Origin: a bacterium
Lineage (GTDB): Bacteria; Gemmatimonadota; Gemmatimonadetes; Longimicrobiales; RSA9
Reading direction: 5' to 3'
NCBI GenBank assembly: GCA_003242735.2
Contig: QGVH02000009.1
Location: forward strand, 7,660 to 71,659
DNA: 64,000 bases
The first letter of the stretch is position 1, and each line of letters opens with the position of its first letter. Shown piece after piece: positions 43,104-53,007 of this stretch. The notes beneath the pieces are model-generated. The model saw only the letters and a list, made by a program, of their open reading frames with translations. It was not told where the DNA came from and made no database searches. The position numbers and the translations under genes were made by a program.

Positions 43104-46100
43104 CTAGCCCCGGGGCGGCACCGGCCCCCGCCGCCGGAACGGCTCCCTCACCCGCTCCGGCACCCGCTGCCACTGCTCGGGTGTGAGGATCTTCTGGACG
43201 GCCGCCAGCGCCTCGGTGACCTCCCGGCGGGCGGCCTCGATCTCCGGCTGGAGCTCGGCGAACGCGCGCATCTGCTCCTGGCCGCTCATGCCGTCCAGCC
43301 GCTTGCCCAGCGCCTCCCGGCGTTCGTTCAGCTTCTCCTGGAGCCGGGCCGAAACCTCCTCGACCGCCGCGACCTGCTCGGGGGACAGCCCGAGCGTGTC
43401 CTTCAGCTCGAGCAGCACGGGGATCGGGTTCGCGAGCATGCGGTCCAGCAGGCCGACGACGTTGAAGCTCCGGCCCGCGCCGCCCTCGCCGCGCCCGCGC
43501 GGCCCGTCCGGCCCGCCGCCGAAGCCGCCCGGGCCCCCGAAACCGCGCATGCCGCCGAAGCCGCCCGGCCCTCCGCGCATCGGGCCGAACCCGCGGTCGT
43601 TCAGGGCCGGGATGCCGCCCACGGCGAGGCGGGCGGAAAGGGTGAGGGAGAAGGCGTTGCGGAAGGCGCCCGGGCCGCGCCGCACCTGGCCGAAGCCCTC
43701 GTTGACCTCGTAGACGAACGCGTTGGTCGCCGGGTCGAAGCCGCGCACTTCCAGCAGCGTCGCATCCGCCCGCCGACCCTCGCCCCAGCCCCGCATGCCG
43801 TTGCGCCCGTGGAGCAATTGGTCGAGCCCCGTCAGCACGTTCTGCGCGTCCACCGTGATCGTCAGCCGCCGGCCGATGGTGGGCAGGTTCGGCCGCAGCC
43901 CCAGACGCATGCTCAGCGACTGGGTCCAGCCGTCGCGGCAGCTGTTGCGGTCCGCGATCCTGCCGATCTGGGAGGTGAGGCACTCGCGGACGCGGTCCGG
44001 CACGTTCGCGAGCAGCCGCGCCATGCCGTTCGCGATCGCCGTGTCCGGCGCGTTGTTCGGATCGAAGATGAACGCGCGGTCGTTGTACGCGCCGTCGCCG
44101 TTGACATCGCCCCGGACCATCGGCGTGAACGGCGAGCCGGAAGAGAGGCCCGCGACCGCCGCGAGCTCGATCTCGGGAGTGAACGGGTACGCCACGATGA
44201 GGTTCAGCGTGTGGCGACGGTCGTTGCTGCTCGTCGCCCACTCGGGGACGTTGGGGTTGCCGGCCGTCGGCGTGCCCGCGAACGAGCCGGAGCCCTGGTC
44301 CCGCGCGAAGCCGAGGGTGTAGTTGACACCAAGCCGGAGCTTCTCGCCCACCAGCCCGTTGACGCTCGCCGTGACCTGGTGCGCGACCGAGCGGCGATCG
44401 GACACCAGCTCGAGCACGTGCCCGAATTCCGGGAACCGGCGCGACGTCGCCATCCCGACCGCGCCCGTGCCCGGCACGATCGCCGCCGGGTCGCCGAAGA
44501 ACGGGCGCCCCTCGTGCGCGAGGGTGACCGCCTTCGACTCATCCAGGTTGAGGTCGCGGTAGCCCCACAGCCCGCTCCCGCGCGCATACCGGTACCGGAT
44601 GTCGCCGGTCAGCCCGAACGGCAGCGGCGTGCGGTAGCCGAGCTCGAAGCGAATCGACTTGGGCACCGACTGCGCCGGGTCGAGGAGCAACACGTTCGGC
44701 GCCCGCTGCGCCTGCCCGGGCGGCTCACCCGGGCCGCCGTCCGCGCACGTGTCCGGCACCGCGTCCGGGTCGGCGAGGTAGAGCTCCCAATCCGGCACGG
44801 GCACGGCCGACCCGATGCAGACGAGCCGCTGCTCGGCGTCCGGCAGACCCGTCTGGCGCGTGGCCGACGCGTACGTGCTCGTGGGCGCACGGCCCGCGAA
44901 CACGCCGATCCCGCCGCTCAGCTCCTTCAGCGGCGAACCCGCCTCGCTCAGCCGGTAGCTGAACCCGATCCGCGGGCTCAGCGCGGAAGCGTGCGGCGCG
45001 ATGTCCGTGCGCCGGCCGAACGCCTGCTCCACCGCCGGGTTGTACGCGGGCCGCTGGTCCAGCGACCAGCGGTCCCAGCGCAGGCCGAATGTGAGCTCGA
45101 GCGGCATGCTGACCCGCCACGTGTCGCCGATGTAGAGCCCCGCATTGAGCGTCCCCATCCGCGCCTCGCGGGCAGCGAGCGCCCGCTCGTACCGCTCCGG
45201 CCGGTTCGCCTCCAGGTCCGCCAGCGACGCGAACGTGAACACGCCCAGCAGGTCGGCCGTGGAGCGCTGCACATCGGTCGAGCGCTCCAGCGATCCGCCG
45301 AGCTTCAGCCGATGGATCTGGTAGCCGATGGGCAGGAGGAACGAGACGTCGTTGGCGATCTGGAAGTCGCGGCTGCGCGCCTCTGACGGCATGCTGCGGT
45401 TGCCGCCGAACACCAGGCTGCGCGTGCCGCGCGTGCCGTCCTCGAACTCCGAGGTGACGCGCACCCGCCCTTCCGGAACCTGGAGGTACGGCAGCGCCTC
45501 GGACCAGCGGTCGGCGAACGAGACGCGCAGAGTGTTCGTCCAGTTCGTGCCGAGCCGCGAGTTGATCGAGAGGGCGGCCATCCGCTGATTCCGCTCCGTG
45601 TCGCCGCCGTGCTGCGCCAGCTCGAGCACGCTGATGCGCGTGCTGTCGTCCGAGCTCACGTTCGCGTTCAGCCGCAGCGACACGGTGTGCGACTGGCTGC
45701 GTCGCTGCATCACGTTCCAGTCGAACCGCGCCTGGAGCCGCACGTCGTCACGCAACTGGTCGTAGGGGCCGGTCTGGCCCTCCACGGGCAAGCCCTGGCT
45801 GCTGAGGATCGAGAGAAAGCGCGCGATGGAATCCACGCTCACGCCCGATCGTTGCACCGCCAGCGGGTCGTCCGCCGCCAATGCGAACCGGTGGTTCACG
45901 TTGCGCGTGAGTTGGAACGAGACGTTGTAGAACAGCCGGTTGCGCACGATCGGCCCGCCCCACGAGCCACCCAGGGAGTGGCGCGTGAACGCGTTGACCG
46001 TGGGTGCGCTGTTGAACTGCAACGCGTCGTCGGCGAGGCGGTAGGAGAACAAGCCGGCCGGACGGTTGGCGCCCCGCGCCGTCGTCATCGAGACCAGGCC

Positions 46101-46781
46101 GCCGGCGAAGCCGCCGCGGGACACGTCGAACGTGCTGGTCGTGACCTGCGTCAGCCGAACGCCCTCCTCCGGCACGCCCATCTCGCCGCCCCGCAGCACC
46201 GTGCCGTCCAGGGTGATCTGGTTCAGCAGGTCGCTCATCCCCGCGACGGAAAAGCCCATGCGCCCCGACAGCGAATCCAGCTCCGTGGCAATGACGCCTT
46301 CCGCGAGCAGCGCGATCGTGTTCGGATCGAGGTCGGGCAGCGGCAGCCGGTTGAGCAGCTCCTGCGGCAGGACCGTGGACTCCTCACCCGTGCGCCCCGC
46401 GGTCGGCGGCGGCAGCGGCGCGCGTACCGTCAGCCCCTCGAGCTGGATCGCCTCCGGCTGCATGGTCACGTTGGTGATCAGCAGCTCCTGCTGGCCCTCC
46501 CGGACCACCGTGCGCACCACGTCGGCCATCCCGATGAACGTGATGCGCAGCACGTACCGGCCGCCGCCGTCCGGGAAGAGGATGAGGTAGCGGCCATCGG
46601 CGTTCGTGATCGTGGACCGGCTGATCTCCGTCTCGACCGAGATCGCCTCGACCCGCGCGCCGGCGATCGGGTTGCCCGCGGCGTCCACGACGCGCCCGGT
46701 CAGCACATCCGCTTCCTGCGCGGCGGCGCGGCCCGCGGACAGCAGGAGCACGACTGCGACGAACAGCAGACGACACGGCAT
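43104..46781 (-). CDS. Oar-like TonB-dependent outer-membrane receptor (carboxypeptidase-regulatory domain, plug, barrel) with a Gly-rich linker and a C-terminal Spy/CpxP-like LTxxQ domain
   Basis: The start is ATG 46781, giving signal peptide MPCRLLFVAVVLLLSAGRAAAQ. The N-terminal GRVVDAAGNPIAGARVEA...ADGRYLI is a CarboxypepD_reg-like domain. A long barrel follows, then GFGPMRGGPGGFGGMRGFGGPGGFGGGPDGP, then helices carrying LSPEQVAAV and LTPEQWQRV. Confidence 0.85.
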   Translation of the reverse strand: MPCRLLFVAVVLLLSAGRAAAQEADVLTGRVVDAAGNPIAGARVEAISVETEISRSTITNADGRYLILFPDGGGRYVLRITFIGMADVVRTVVREGQQELLITNVTMQPEAIQLEGLTVRAPLPPPTAGRTGEESTVLPQELLNRLPLPDLDPNTIALLAEGVIATELDSLSGRMGFSVAGMSDLLNQITLDGTVLRGGEMGVPEEGVRLTQVTTSTFDVSRGGFAGGLVSMTTARGANRPAGLFSYRLADDALQFNSAPTVNAFTRHSLGGSWGGPIVRNRLFYNVSFQLTRNVNHRFALAADDPLAVQRSGVSVDSIARFLSILSSQGLPVEGQTGPYDQLRDDVRLQARFDWNVMQRRSQSHTVSLRLNANVSSDDSTRISVLELAQHGGDTERNQRMAALSINSRLGTNWTNTLRVSFADRWSEALPYLQVPEGRVRVTSEFEDGTRGTRSLVFGGNRSMPSEARSRDFQIANDVSFLLPIGYQIHRLKLGGSLERSTDVQRSTADLLGVFTFASLADLEANRPERYERALAAREARMGTLNAGLYIGDTWRVSMPLELTFGLRWDRWSLDQRPAYNPAVEQAFGRRTDIAPHASALSPRIGFSYRLSEAGSPLKELSGGIGVFAGRAPTSTYASATRQTGLPDAEQRLVCIGSAVPVPDWELYLADPDAVPDTCADGGPGEPPGQAQRAPNVLLLDPAQSVPKSIRFELGYRTPLPFGLTGDIRYRYARGSGLWGYRDLNLDESKAVTLAHEGRPFFGDPAAIVPGTGAVGMATSRRFPEFGHVLELVSDRRSVAHQVTASVNGLVGEKLRLGVNYTLGFARDQGSGSFAGTPTAGNPNVPEWATSSNDRRHTLNLIVAYPFTPEIELAAVAGLSSGSPFTPMVRGDVNGDGAYNDRAFIFDPNNAPDTAIANGMARLLANVPDRVRECLTSQIGRIADRNSCRDGWTQSLSMRLGLRPNLPTIGRRLTITVDAQNVLTGLDQLLHGRNGMRGWGEGRRADATLLEVRGFDPATNAFVYEVNEGFGQVRRGPGAFRNAFSLTLSARLAVGGIPALNDRGFGPMRGGPGGFGGMRGFGGPGGFGGGPDGPRGRGEGGAGRSFNVVGLLDRMLANPIPVLLELKDTLGLSPEQVAAVEEVSARLQEKLNERREALGKRLDGMSGQEQMRAFAELQPEIEAARREVTEALAAVQKILTPEQWQRVPERVREPFRRRGPVPPRG

Positions 46782-47019
46782 AGCGGTCCTATCCTTCCTG
46801 ATGGAGCTCCGCACCCCCACACCGGCGACGGCGGCTGCGGGCGCGCTCGACCCGTCTTCTCTATTGACGCCTGGCGGCGGAAGTTCGTTGACCGACCCTT
46901 GTCGCTCTCGCCGGGGCGGCGGGGATCCCAGCGGCACAGGGCGCGTCTCCGGCGCCACGCACCCTCTGCCCATGCGGCGGTGTACAGGAACCGGCGCATC
47001 ATTGAGACCCCTGAACCCC

Positions 47020-48570
47020 ATGTCGGCCCTGATGCGACGTCGCTCCGCCGCCTCCACGCTTCTCGTCTGCGCCCTTGCCTTCGCCGGGTGCGGCGGGCCG
47101 CCACGGCCAGGCCAGCCGCGCGTCGGCGGCGCGGGATGCGACCTCGTCCCCGGCATGGATCCGGCCGGCGGCACGGCCACGGCCGGCGACGCACAGCCCG
47201 TCGTCGTCGGGATGCCGGAGGCGGTGAGGCCGGCGAACGCGCCGGTGCCGCGCAACGCGGCGGAGCGGCTGGTCTTCGCCCAGCTCTACGAGGCGCTGGT
47301 CCGCGTGGGCTGCGACGGCCGCATCGAGCCCGGCCTCGCGGCGCAGTGGCGGGCGGAAGACGGCGGCCGGTCCTGGGTCTTCACCCTGCGCGCCGACGCC
47401 CGCGACTGGACCGGCGCGCCCGTGACCGCCCGCGATGTGGCGGAGAGCTGGCTCGCATCGCCCGTCGCGCCGGCGCAGGGCTCACGCGCGGCGGAGGCGC
47501 CGCGCCTCAGCGCCGTCACCGTCCTGGACGGCCGGACCGTGCGGGCGCAGGTGACCGTTCCGGTCCCGCTCCACTGGTTCGCGCGGCCGGAGCTGGCCGT
47601 GCGGACGGCGGCCGAGGTCGGCGGCTGGCCGGCGGGCACGGGCCCGCTCCGCCCGGAGACCCGCTTCCCCGGCAGGGGCGTCCTGGACCGCGTCGTGCTC
47701 CGCTCCGCCGGCACAGGCGCCGTGGAGTTCAGGGCGCTTCCTCCCGACCCGCGCAACGCCGTGGATGGGGGTGTCGACCTGCTCATCACGCGCGACCCCG
47801 CGGTCGTGGACTACGCCGCCGCATCCGGCGCGTTCGAGGCCGTGCCGCTCCCGTGGGACCGGGCCTACGTGCTCGTGTCGCCGGGCACGGCGGCGGGCGA
47901 GCCCCGGGTCGTGCTCCCGCCGGACAGCGCGCTCCGCGCACTGGCGCGGGACGCGGTGCGGGCGGAGGCGCGACCGGCGCGGGAGCTGTTCGCCGGCGCG
48001 GAGGCGTGCGGCGAGGCGAGGGTGGGGCCGGGAGCCACGGCCGGTGCAGGCGCGCGGCGGCAGCCGGAGCGGGTGGTCCTGCTCTACCCGCCGGGCGATG
48101 CGGTGGCCCAGGGGCTCGCGGAGCGGCTGGTGGCGCTGGCGCCGGAGGCGGGGCGGGCGGCGGCGTGGCTGGCGGATGCGGCGCCGCAACTGGCCGCGGC
48201 GGGCGCCCGGGCCCGGGCCGGGACGGCCGCGCGGGACGACGACTTCGCAGCCATGCTGCGCCGCGGGGCCGGCCCGGCCGTGGTGCCCGTGGAGCGGGCG
48301 GCGGGGATGGACGCGTGTGGAGCGCTGGACGCGCTGCGGGGCGCGGTGCCGTGGTTGACCAACGCCCAGGCGCACGGAGCGCCGACCGGGGAAACGATCG
48401 GCGGGCAGGAGGGCGCACCTGCGCCCGGCGCTGACGGCCCCCGCGTCGTCCCGCTGATCGAGACCCGGCCCGTGCTGCTCGTGCGGCGCGGGGTCGCTGG
48501 CGTCGCCGTGGACGGCCAGGGCACGCTGCTGCTGGGCCGGCTGCACCGAACGCGCGGAGGTGCGCCGTGA
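47020..48570 (+). CDS. Lipoprotein resembling a family-5 solute-binding protein (degenerate)
   Basis: The start is ATG 47020. The lipobox is LLVCALAFAGC. The segment FAQLYEALVRVGCDGRIEPGLAAQWRAEDGGRSWVFTLRADARDWTGAPVTARDV matches the SBP_bac_5 N-terminal pattern. Confidence 0.65.
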   Translation: MSALMRRRSAASTLLVCALAFAGCGGPPRPGQPRVGGAGCDLVPGMDPAGGTATAGDAQPVVVGMPEAVRPANAPVPRNAAERLVFAQLYEALVRVGCDGRIEPGLAAQWRAEDGGRSWVFTLRADARDWTGAPVTARDVAESWLASPVAPAQGSRAAEAPRLSAVTVLDGRTVRAQVTVPVPLHWFARPELAVRTAAEVGGWPAGTGPLRPETRFPGRGVLDRVVLRSAGTGAVEFRALPPDPRNAVDGGVDLLITRDPAVVDYAAASGAFEAVPLPWDRAYVLVSPGTAAGEPRVVLPPDSALRALARDAVRAEARPARELFAGAEACGEARVGPGATAGAGARRQPERVVLLYPPGDAVAQGLAERLVALAPEAGRAAAWLADAAPQLAAAGARARAGTAARDDDFAAMLRRGAGPAVVPVERAAGMDACGALDALRGAVPWLTNAQAHGAPTGETIGGQEGAPAPGADGPRVVPLIETRPVLLVRRGVAGVAVDGQGTLLLGRLHRTRGGAP

Positions 48571-50285
48571 CGTTCCGCTCGAAGCTCCTCGTGGCGTGCG
48601 TGCCGCTCGCCCTGGCGCCGCTGGCGTTCTTCGGCCTCCGGGTACGCGACGAGGTGGTGGGGCGGCTCGAGGCGCAGTACCGCGAACGGGTGGCGGCGCT
48701 CGCCGACGTGGTCCAGGCCGACGTTGCCCGCGAGGCCGCGGCGGTAGGGGCGAGGCTAGACCGGGTGGCGGAGGCGATCAAGGCGGACAACCGCCTGCGG
48801 CGCGCGCTCCTGGACGGCGCGCACACGGACCGGACGTACGTGCTGGACTACGCGGGCCACGCCATGGGGCTCGTCGGGCTCGACGTGCTGCGGATCCAGG
48901 ACGCCGAGGGACGCGTGCTCAGCTCGGGCCATTTCCGCAACGAGTACGACGTGGTGGACGCCGCGCTGCCGGCGGCGGTCGCGCGCGCGGGCGACTCTGG
49001 GGCGCTCGCGGCGGTCCGTACGCCCGGCGGCGAGGTGCTCGCGCTCGCACGCGTCCGTGAGCTGCGGCTCGGTCCGCGCGTGTTCACGCTGCTCGGCGGA
49101 ACGGCGGTGGACACGGCGTTCCTGGACCGGCTCGCCCGCGGAACCGGCCTCGGCGTGCGGCTCGAAGCGCCGGCGCCGCACAGCGTCGCGGAGCAAACGC
49201 CGTCCGCCGCGCCCGCCGGTAGCGCGTACGCGCGCGCGGTGACACTCCGCTTCGCAGGCGCGGGGCCCGACACCGTCGCGCGCTTCGTGGTGCACGCGTC
49301 GCTCGAGCCACTGGCGGCGCTGCGGGCGCAGATGGACCGCTGGTTGCTCGTCGCCGCCGCAGCGGCCGCTGCGCTCGCGCTGGCGCTCGCGTCCGTCATC
49401 GCGGCGCGGCTCAGCCGACCGCTGGCCGAGCTGGCGCGGCACGCCGCACGCGTGGACCTGGACGACCCGGACGCATCCTTCGCGACGCGCCGCCGCGACG
49501 AGATCGGCGCCCTCGCCCGCGTGCTCGACGCGATGATGCAGCGGCTGCGGGCGAGCGCGGCGCGGCTGCGCGAGGCGGAGCGGCGTGCGACGGTCGGCGA
49601 GATCGCGCGGCAGGTCAACCACGACGTCCGCAACGGCCTCATCCCCATCCGCAACGTCGTGGCCCACCTCGCCGAGCTCGCGCGCGAGCGGCCGGACGAG
49701 CTGCCGCGCGTCTTCCTCGAACGGCAGCGCACGCTGGACGCGGGCATCGAATACCTGCACTCGCTCGCCGCGAATTACGCGCGTCTCTCCCCCGAGCCGG
49801 TGCGCAAGCCGTGCGACGTGAACGCCGTTGCGCGCGCGGTCGCCAGCGACGCTGCGGCGCGGGCCATGGGAGCGAGCGGTGCGCGGGCCGTCGTCGCCAC
49901 GGACCTCGCGCCCTCGGTCCCGCCCGTGCTCGGCGACCCCGTCGCGCTCCGGCGCATCCTCGAGAACCTGGTCGTGAACGCGCTCGAGAGTCTGGACGAC
50001 GACGGCGGCCGCGTGCTCGTCGCGACGCGCGTCGAGCGAGGCGAGGACGGCCCGCGCGTGGTGATCGAGGTCGCGGACACCGGCCGCGGCATGGACGAGG
50101 CGCAACGGGCGCGCATCTTCGAGGACTTCTACACCACGAAGCCGGGCGGCACGGGCCTAGGCCTCTCCATCGTCCGCCGGCTGGTCAGCGACCTGGGCGG
50201 CCGCATCGAGGTGGAGAGCGCGGTGGGGCAGGGGACGCGCTTCAGGATCGAGCTGCCGGGGGGCGTGAGCGCGGGCAGAGAATGA
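48567..50285 (+). CDS. Membrane sensor histidine kinase (periplasmic domain, HAMP, HisKA-like, HATPase_c)
   Basis: GTG 48567 overlaps the upstream stop (GTGA) and GGAGG lies upstream. It has two TM segments, HAMP (RLSRPLAELARHAARV), H-box EIARQVNHDVRNGL, the N box LVVNALES, and the G boxes DTGRGM and GGTGLGLSIV. Confidence 0.88.
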   Translation: MTFRSKLLVACVPLALAPLAFFGLRVRDEVVGRLEAQYRERVAALADVVQADVAREAAAVGARLDRVAEAIKADNRLRRALLDGAHTDRTYVLDYAGHAMGLVGLDVLRIQDAEGRVLSSGHFRNEYDVVDAALPAAVARAGDSGALAAVRTPGGEVLALARVRELRLGPRVFTLLGGTAVDTAFLDRLARGTGLGVRLEAPAPHSVAEQTPSAAPAGSAYARAVTLRFAGAGPDTVARFVVHASLEPLAALRAQMDRWLLVAAAAAAALALALASVIAARLSRPLAELARHAARVDLDDPDASFATRRRDEIGALARVLDAMMQRLRASAARLREAERRATVGEIARQVNHDVRNGLIPIRNVVAHLAELARERPDELPRVFLERQRTLDAGIEYLHSLAANYARLSPEPVRKPCDVNAVARAVASDAAARAMGASGARAVVATDLAPSVPPVLGDPVALRRILENLVVNALESLDDDGGRVLVATRVERGEDGPRVVIEVADTGRGMDEAQRARIFEDFYTTKPGGTGLGLSIVRRLVSDLGGRIEVESAVGQGTRFRIELPGGVSAGRE

Positions 50286-50303
50286 GCGCAGCGCTCGGTC
50301 GCC

Positions 50304-51392
50304 TCACCTCAACCGGACCACGGTCACCCGCCCCCGCACCTCCACGTCCGCATCACGGAAGCTTCCCGAGAACCCGGATGCACGCAGGCTGGTGCGCGCG
50401 CCGTCGCGCTGCACATCCGGCCGATCGGCGATCCCCGCGACGGTCACGCGCCCGACGCCGTTGAAGAGCGGGTGTGCGCCGGCGGCCTCGGTCAGAGCCT
50501 CGACGTCCGCACCCGCTTCAGCGATCAAGCTCAGCTCCGCCGCCTCGTTGCCGAGGCGCAGGAACCGCGTGTGCAGCAGGCCGCCTTCCACGTGCTCGAC
50601 GTTGAGGGGGGCGAAGCCCTGCGGCCAGAGCCGCCGGCCGCTCGCCGCCTCGATGACGATGCGCCAGCCCTCGCGCGCGTCGAACGCCCGCCGGCGCTCC
50701 GCGCGCCGCGCGACCACCGCGGCCGCGTCGTCCTTCGCGGCGCGTTCCAACACCGCCGCCTCGTCGGCTCCGAAGCCGCAGCGCCCGGCGTCGCTCGTGC
50801 GTCCGTCGAGAGCGGCCTCGAGCAGCGCGTCGAGATGTTGCGCGTCGTCTTCCTCGAGCGCTGCATGCCAGCCCGGGCGGAACCGGTCGAGCAGGAACGC
50901 GAGCGCCGGGCCGATGGCGTAGCTGCGGTTACGCGCGGCAGCGGGCGGAAATTCCGTCTCGGGAATATCGACCGTCGTGCGACCCGCGGCGCGGCGCTGG
51001 ACGTACGTGGCGAGCCCCTCGTTCAGCTCGGTGAGCCGCTCGTAGGCAGAGAACGCGGAGTCCATCGCGGCGAAGCGCTCGCGGCGGGCTTCCAGTGCCA
51101 CCCGCGCCCAGCACGCCGCGTCGGCTTCATCCGCCGCCGCGAGCGCGCGACGCAGAGCGGCGGACTCGCGCCGCCGCAGCCCGAGCAGCCCGGCATCGGT
51201 CACCGGGTAGAGCAGCAGGTCGGCCTCGTTGCCCACCCAGCCCGGGCGCCTCGCACGCTGGAAGACGTGGAACGCCTCGTGGAGCGCCACAGCGGCCAGC
51301 TCCCGCACGCCGGACGGCCCGCCGGGGCCGCCGTCCGCGAGCAGCGCGGCCGTCGTCACGCCGCCGATCTCGATGCTGGTGTCGGCCACCAT
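50304..51392 (-). CDS. Hypothetical protein with an HExxH motif (putative metallopeptidase-like), possibly 5'-truncated
   Basis: It contains ALHEAFHVF. The frame stays open and looks coding for 65 codons upstream of ATG 51392, but contains no ATG, GTG or TTG. Confidence 0.55.
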   Translation of the reverse strand: MVADTSIEIGGVTTAALLADGGPGGPSGVRELAAVALHEAFHVFQRARRPGWVGNEADLLLYPVTDAGLLGLRRRESAALRRALAAADEADAACWARVALEARRERFAAMDSAFSAYERLTELNEGLATYVQRRAAGRTTVDIPETEFPPAAARNRSYAIGPALAFLLDRFRPGWHAALEEDDAQHLDALLEAALDGRTSDAGRCGFGADEAAVLERAAKDDAAAVVARRAERRRAFDAREGWRIVIEAASGRRLWPQGFAPLNVEHVEGGLLHTRFLRLGNEAAELSLIAEAGADVEALTEAAGAHPLFNGVGRVTVAGIADRPDVQRDGARTSLRASGFSGSFRDADVEVRGRVTVVRLR

Positions 51393-51782
51393 GGCTGGAT
51401 GACGGCCCTCGAACGCCAGGACGTGCGGCGCCGCCCCCGCGACCGGAGTGAACCCCTCCGGCGGCGATGGGTGGCGGAACAGGTACGTGCGACCCTCGGC
51501 GAAGATGGCGAGTGGGATGGAAAGCGGAACCCGTCGCGCTTCGGTGCTCAGGCGCCGCCGTCCAGCGCGGGAAGGGGTCCAGTTCCGTTACAGCGCACGG
51601 GCCTGTGCCGCAGGACCAGCCTTCCTCGAGCCGTCGTGAGGCCGGTGTGCGCGCGGTAATGCATTGAGATGCAACGGCTTGGATGGTATTGATCGGTCTG
51701 CGCCCGGCACCCTTGCCCGTTCCCTGCGGCCAGCCCCAGTGTGGCATCGCCTCTCCCCAGGACCGCGCAGGAGGGTCTCGAC

Positions 51783-52667
51783 ATGGATGCGTACCGTCGG
51801 CGTCGGGCGGCCGCGTGGGTCGTGCTGTCGTTGTTCGCGGCCGCGGCGTGCTCGGACTCGACCGGGGTGGAGGACCGCATCGAGGGCAACCTGCGGCTCT
51901 CGGTCCGTGTTCCCGCGCCGGGCGAGTCGGGAGCGGCGTTCTCCGTCGTGCCCGTCACGGATGATGCGGGCCGGACGCTGGACATCCAGCAGGTGCAGCT
52001 CGTGTTCGAGGAGATCGAGCTGGAGGCCGTGCGCGGGAAGGGCAGGAGTGGTGGGAACGGTGAACACGGTGGCGCGTCCGCCCTCGTGTGGTGCTGGAGC
52101 GATGACGACGACGATTGCTCCCGTCACCGGGAGAGGCAGCGCGGCCGTAAGGGTCGGGTGTTCGAGGCGGGGCCGGTCCTCGTGGACCTGCCGCTGGATG
52201 GCGGCTCGATCCGTTTGCTGGAGGGCGAGGCGCCGGCGGGGAGCTACCGGAAGCTGGGGCTGGAGATCGACCGGCCCAACGACCGCACGCCCGCGCATCG
52301 GGCGTTCCGGGAGGAGCACCCGGATTGGCCGCGCAACGCGAGCATCCGTGTGCGCGGCACGTATGACCCGGGCACGGGCCCGCAGGCGTTCGACGTCTTC
52401 CTGAACATCGAGCTGGACCTCGAGCTGGAGTTCGACGAGCCGCTCGTGATCGAGGAAGACGAGAACGGCGTCACCGGGCCGGTGGAGGTGACGCTCTCCG
52501 TTGACGTGAACCGGTGGTTCGTGGGGCGCGACGGGCTCTTCTTCGACCCGCGCGCGCTGTCCGCAGACCCGGCGCTCCGTGAGCGGGTGGCGCGCAACAT
52601 AGGCCTCTCGTTCAAGGCGTATTGGGACCGGGATCGCGGCCGGCCCTGGCCGAAGCGCCGGCGTTGA
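51783..52667 (+). CDS. Lipoprotein, DUF4382-like (tentative)
   Basis: The start is ATG 51783 after GGAGGG. The lipobox is VVLSLFAAAAC. The family call is tentative. Confidence 0.6.
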   Translation: MDAYRRRRAAAWVVLSLFAAAACSDSTGVEDRIEGNLRLSVRVPAPGESGAAFSVVPVTDDAGRTLDIQQVQLVFEEIELEAVRGKGRSGGNGEHGGASALVWCWSDDDDDCSRHRERQRGRKGRVFEAGPVLVDLPLDGGSIRLLEGEAPAGSYRKLGLEIDRPNDRTPAHRAFREEHPDWPRNASIRVRGTYDPGTGPQAFDVFLNIELDLELEFDEPLVIEEDENGVTGPVEVTLSVDVNRWFVGRDGLFFDPRALSADPALRERVARNIGLSFKAYWDRDRGRPWPKRRR

Positions 52668-53007
52668 GCCGTGTTCCGGGGCGCCGTGCGGGAATCGTCG
52701 CACGGCGCCCCCGGGCCCATCGACGCTCGCGTGGCCGCGCGGCTTGACGCCAGCGGCGGCGCCCGCTATGTAGGGCCGGGGTCCAGAGCTCGAACGAGCG
52801 CGCCGCGTGGCGTGGTTCCGGCCCATGACCTCGGGGGCCGGGGCACGGCTCGGCCCGACCGACGGGCTGCCGCGCGTTCGTCCCCGTGCCGCGCAGCCGG
52901 CGCCGCGGCTGGGGAGGGGAGATCGGGCGCGCGTCTTGCCGACCGGATTCCGGGGCCGTGGCCTTCCCGACGCCACGCCGGCACGCGAAACGTACGGGGC
53001 GAGTGAC

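Noticed and set aside
52807-53007. N-terminal 67 codons of ORF 52807..53454
   Set aside because: The composition is Arg/Pro/Gly-rich, unlike the TM and helical C-terminal part. A TTGACG-N17-TATGTA word at 52744 could support the longer form, so the start remains uncertain.
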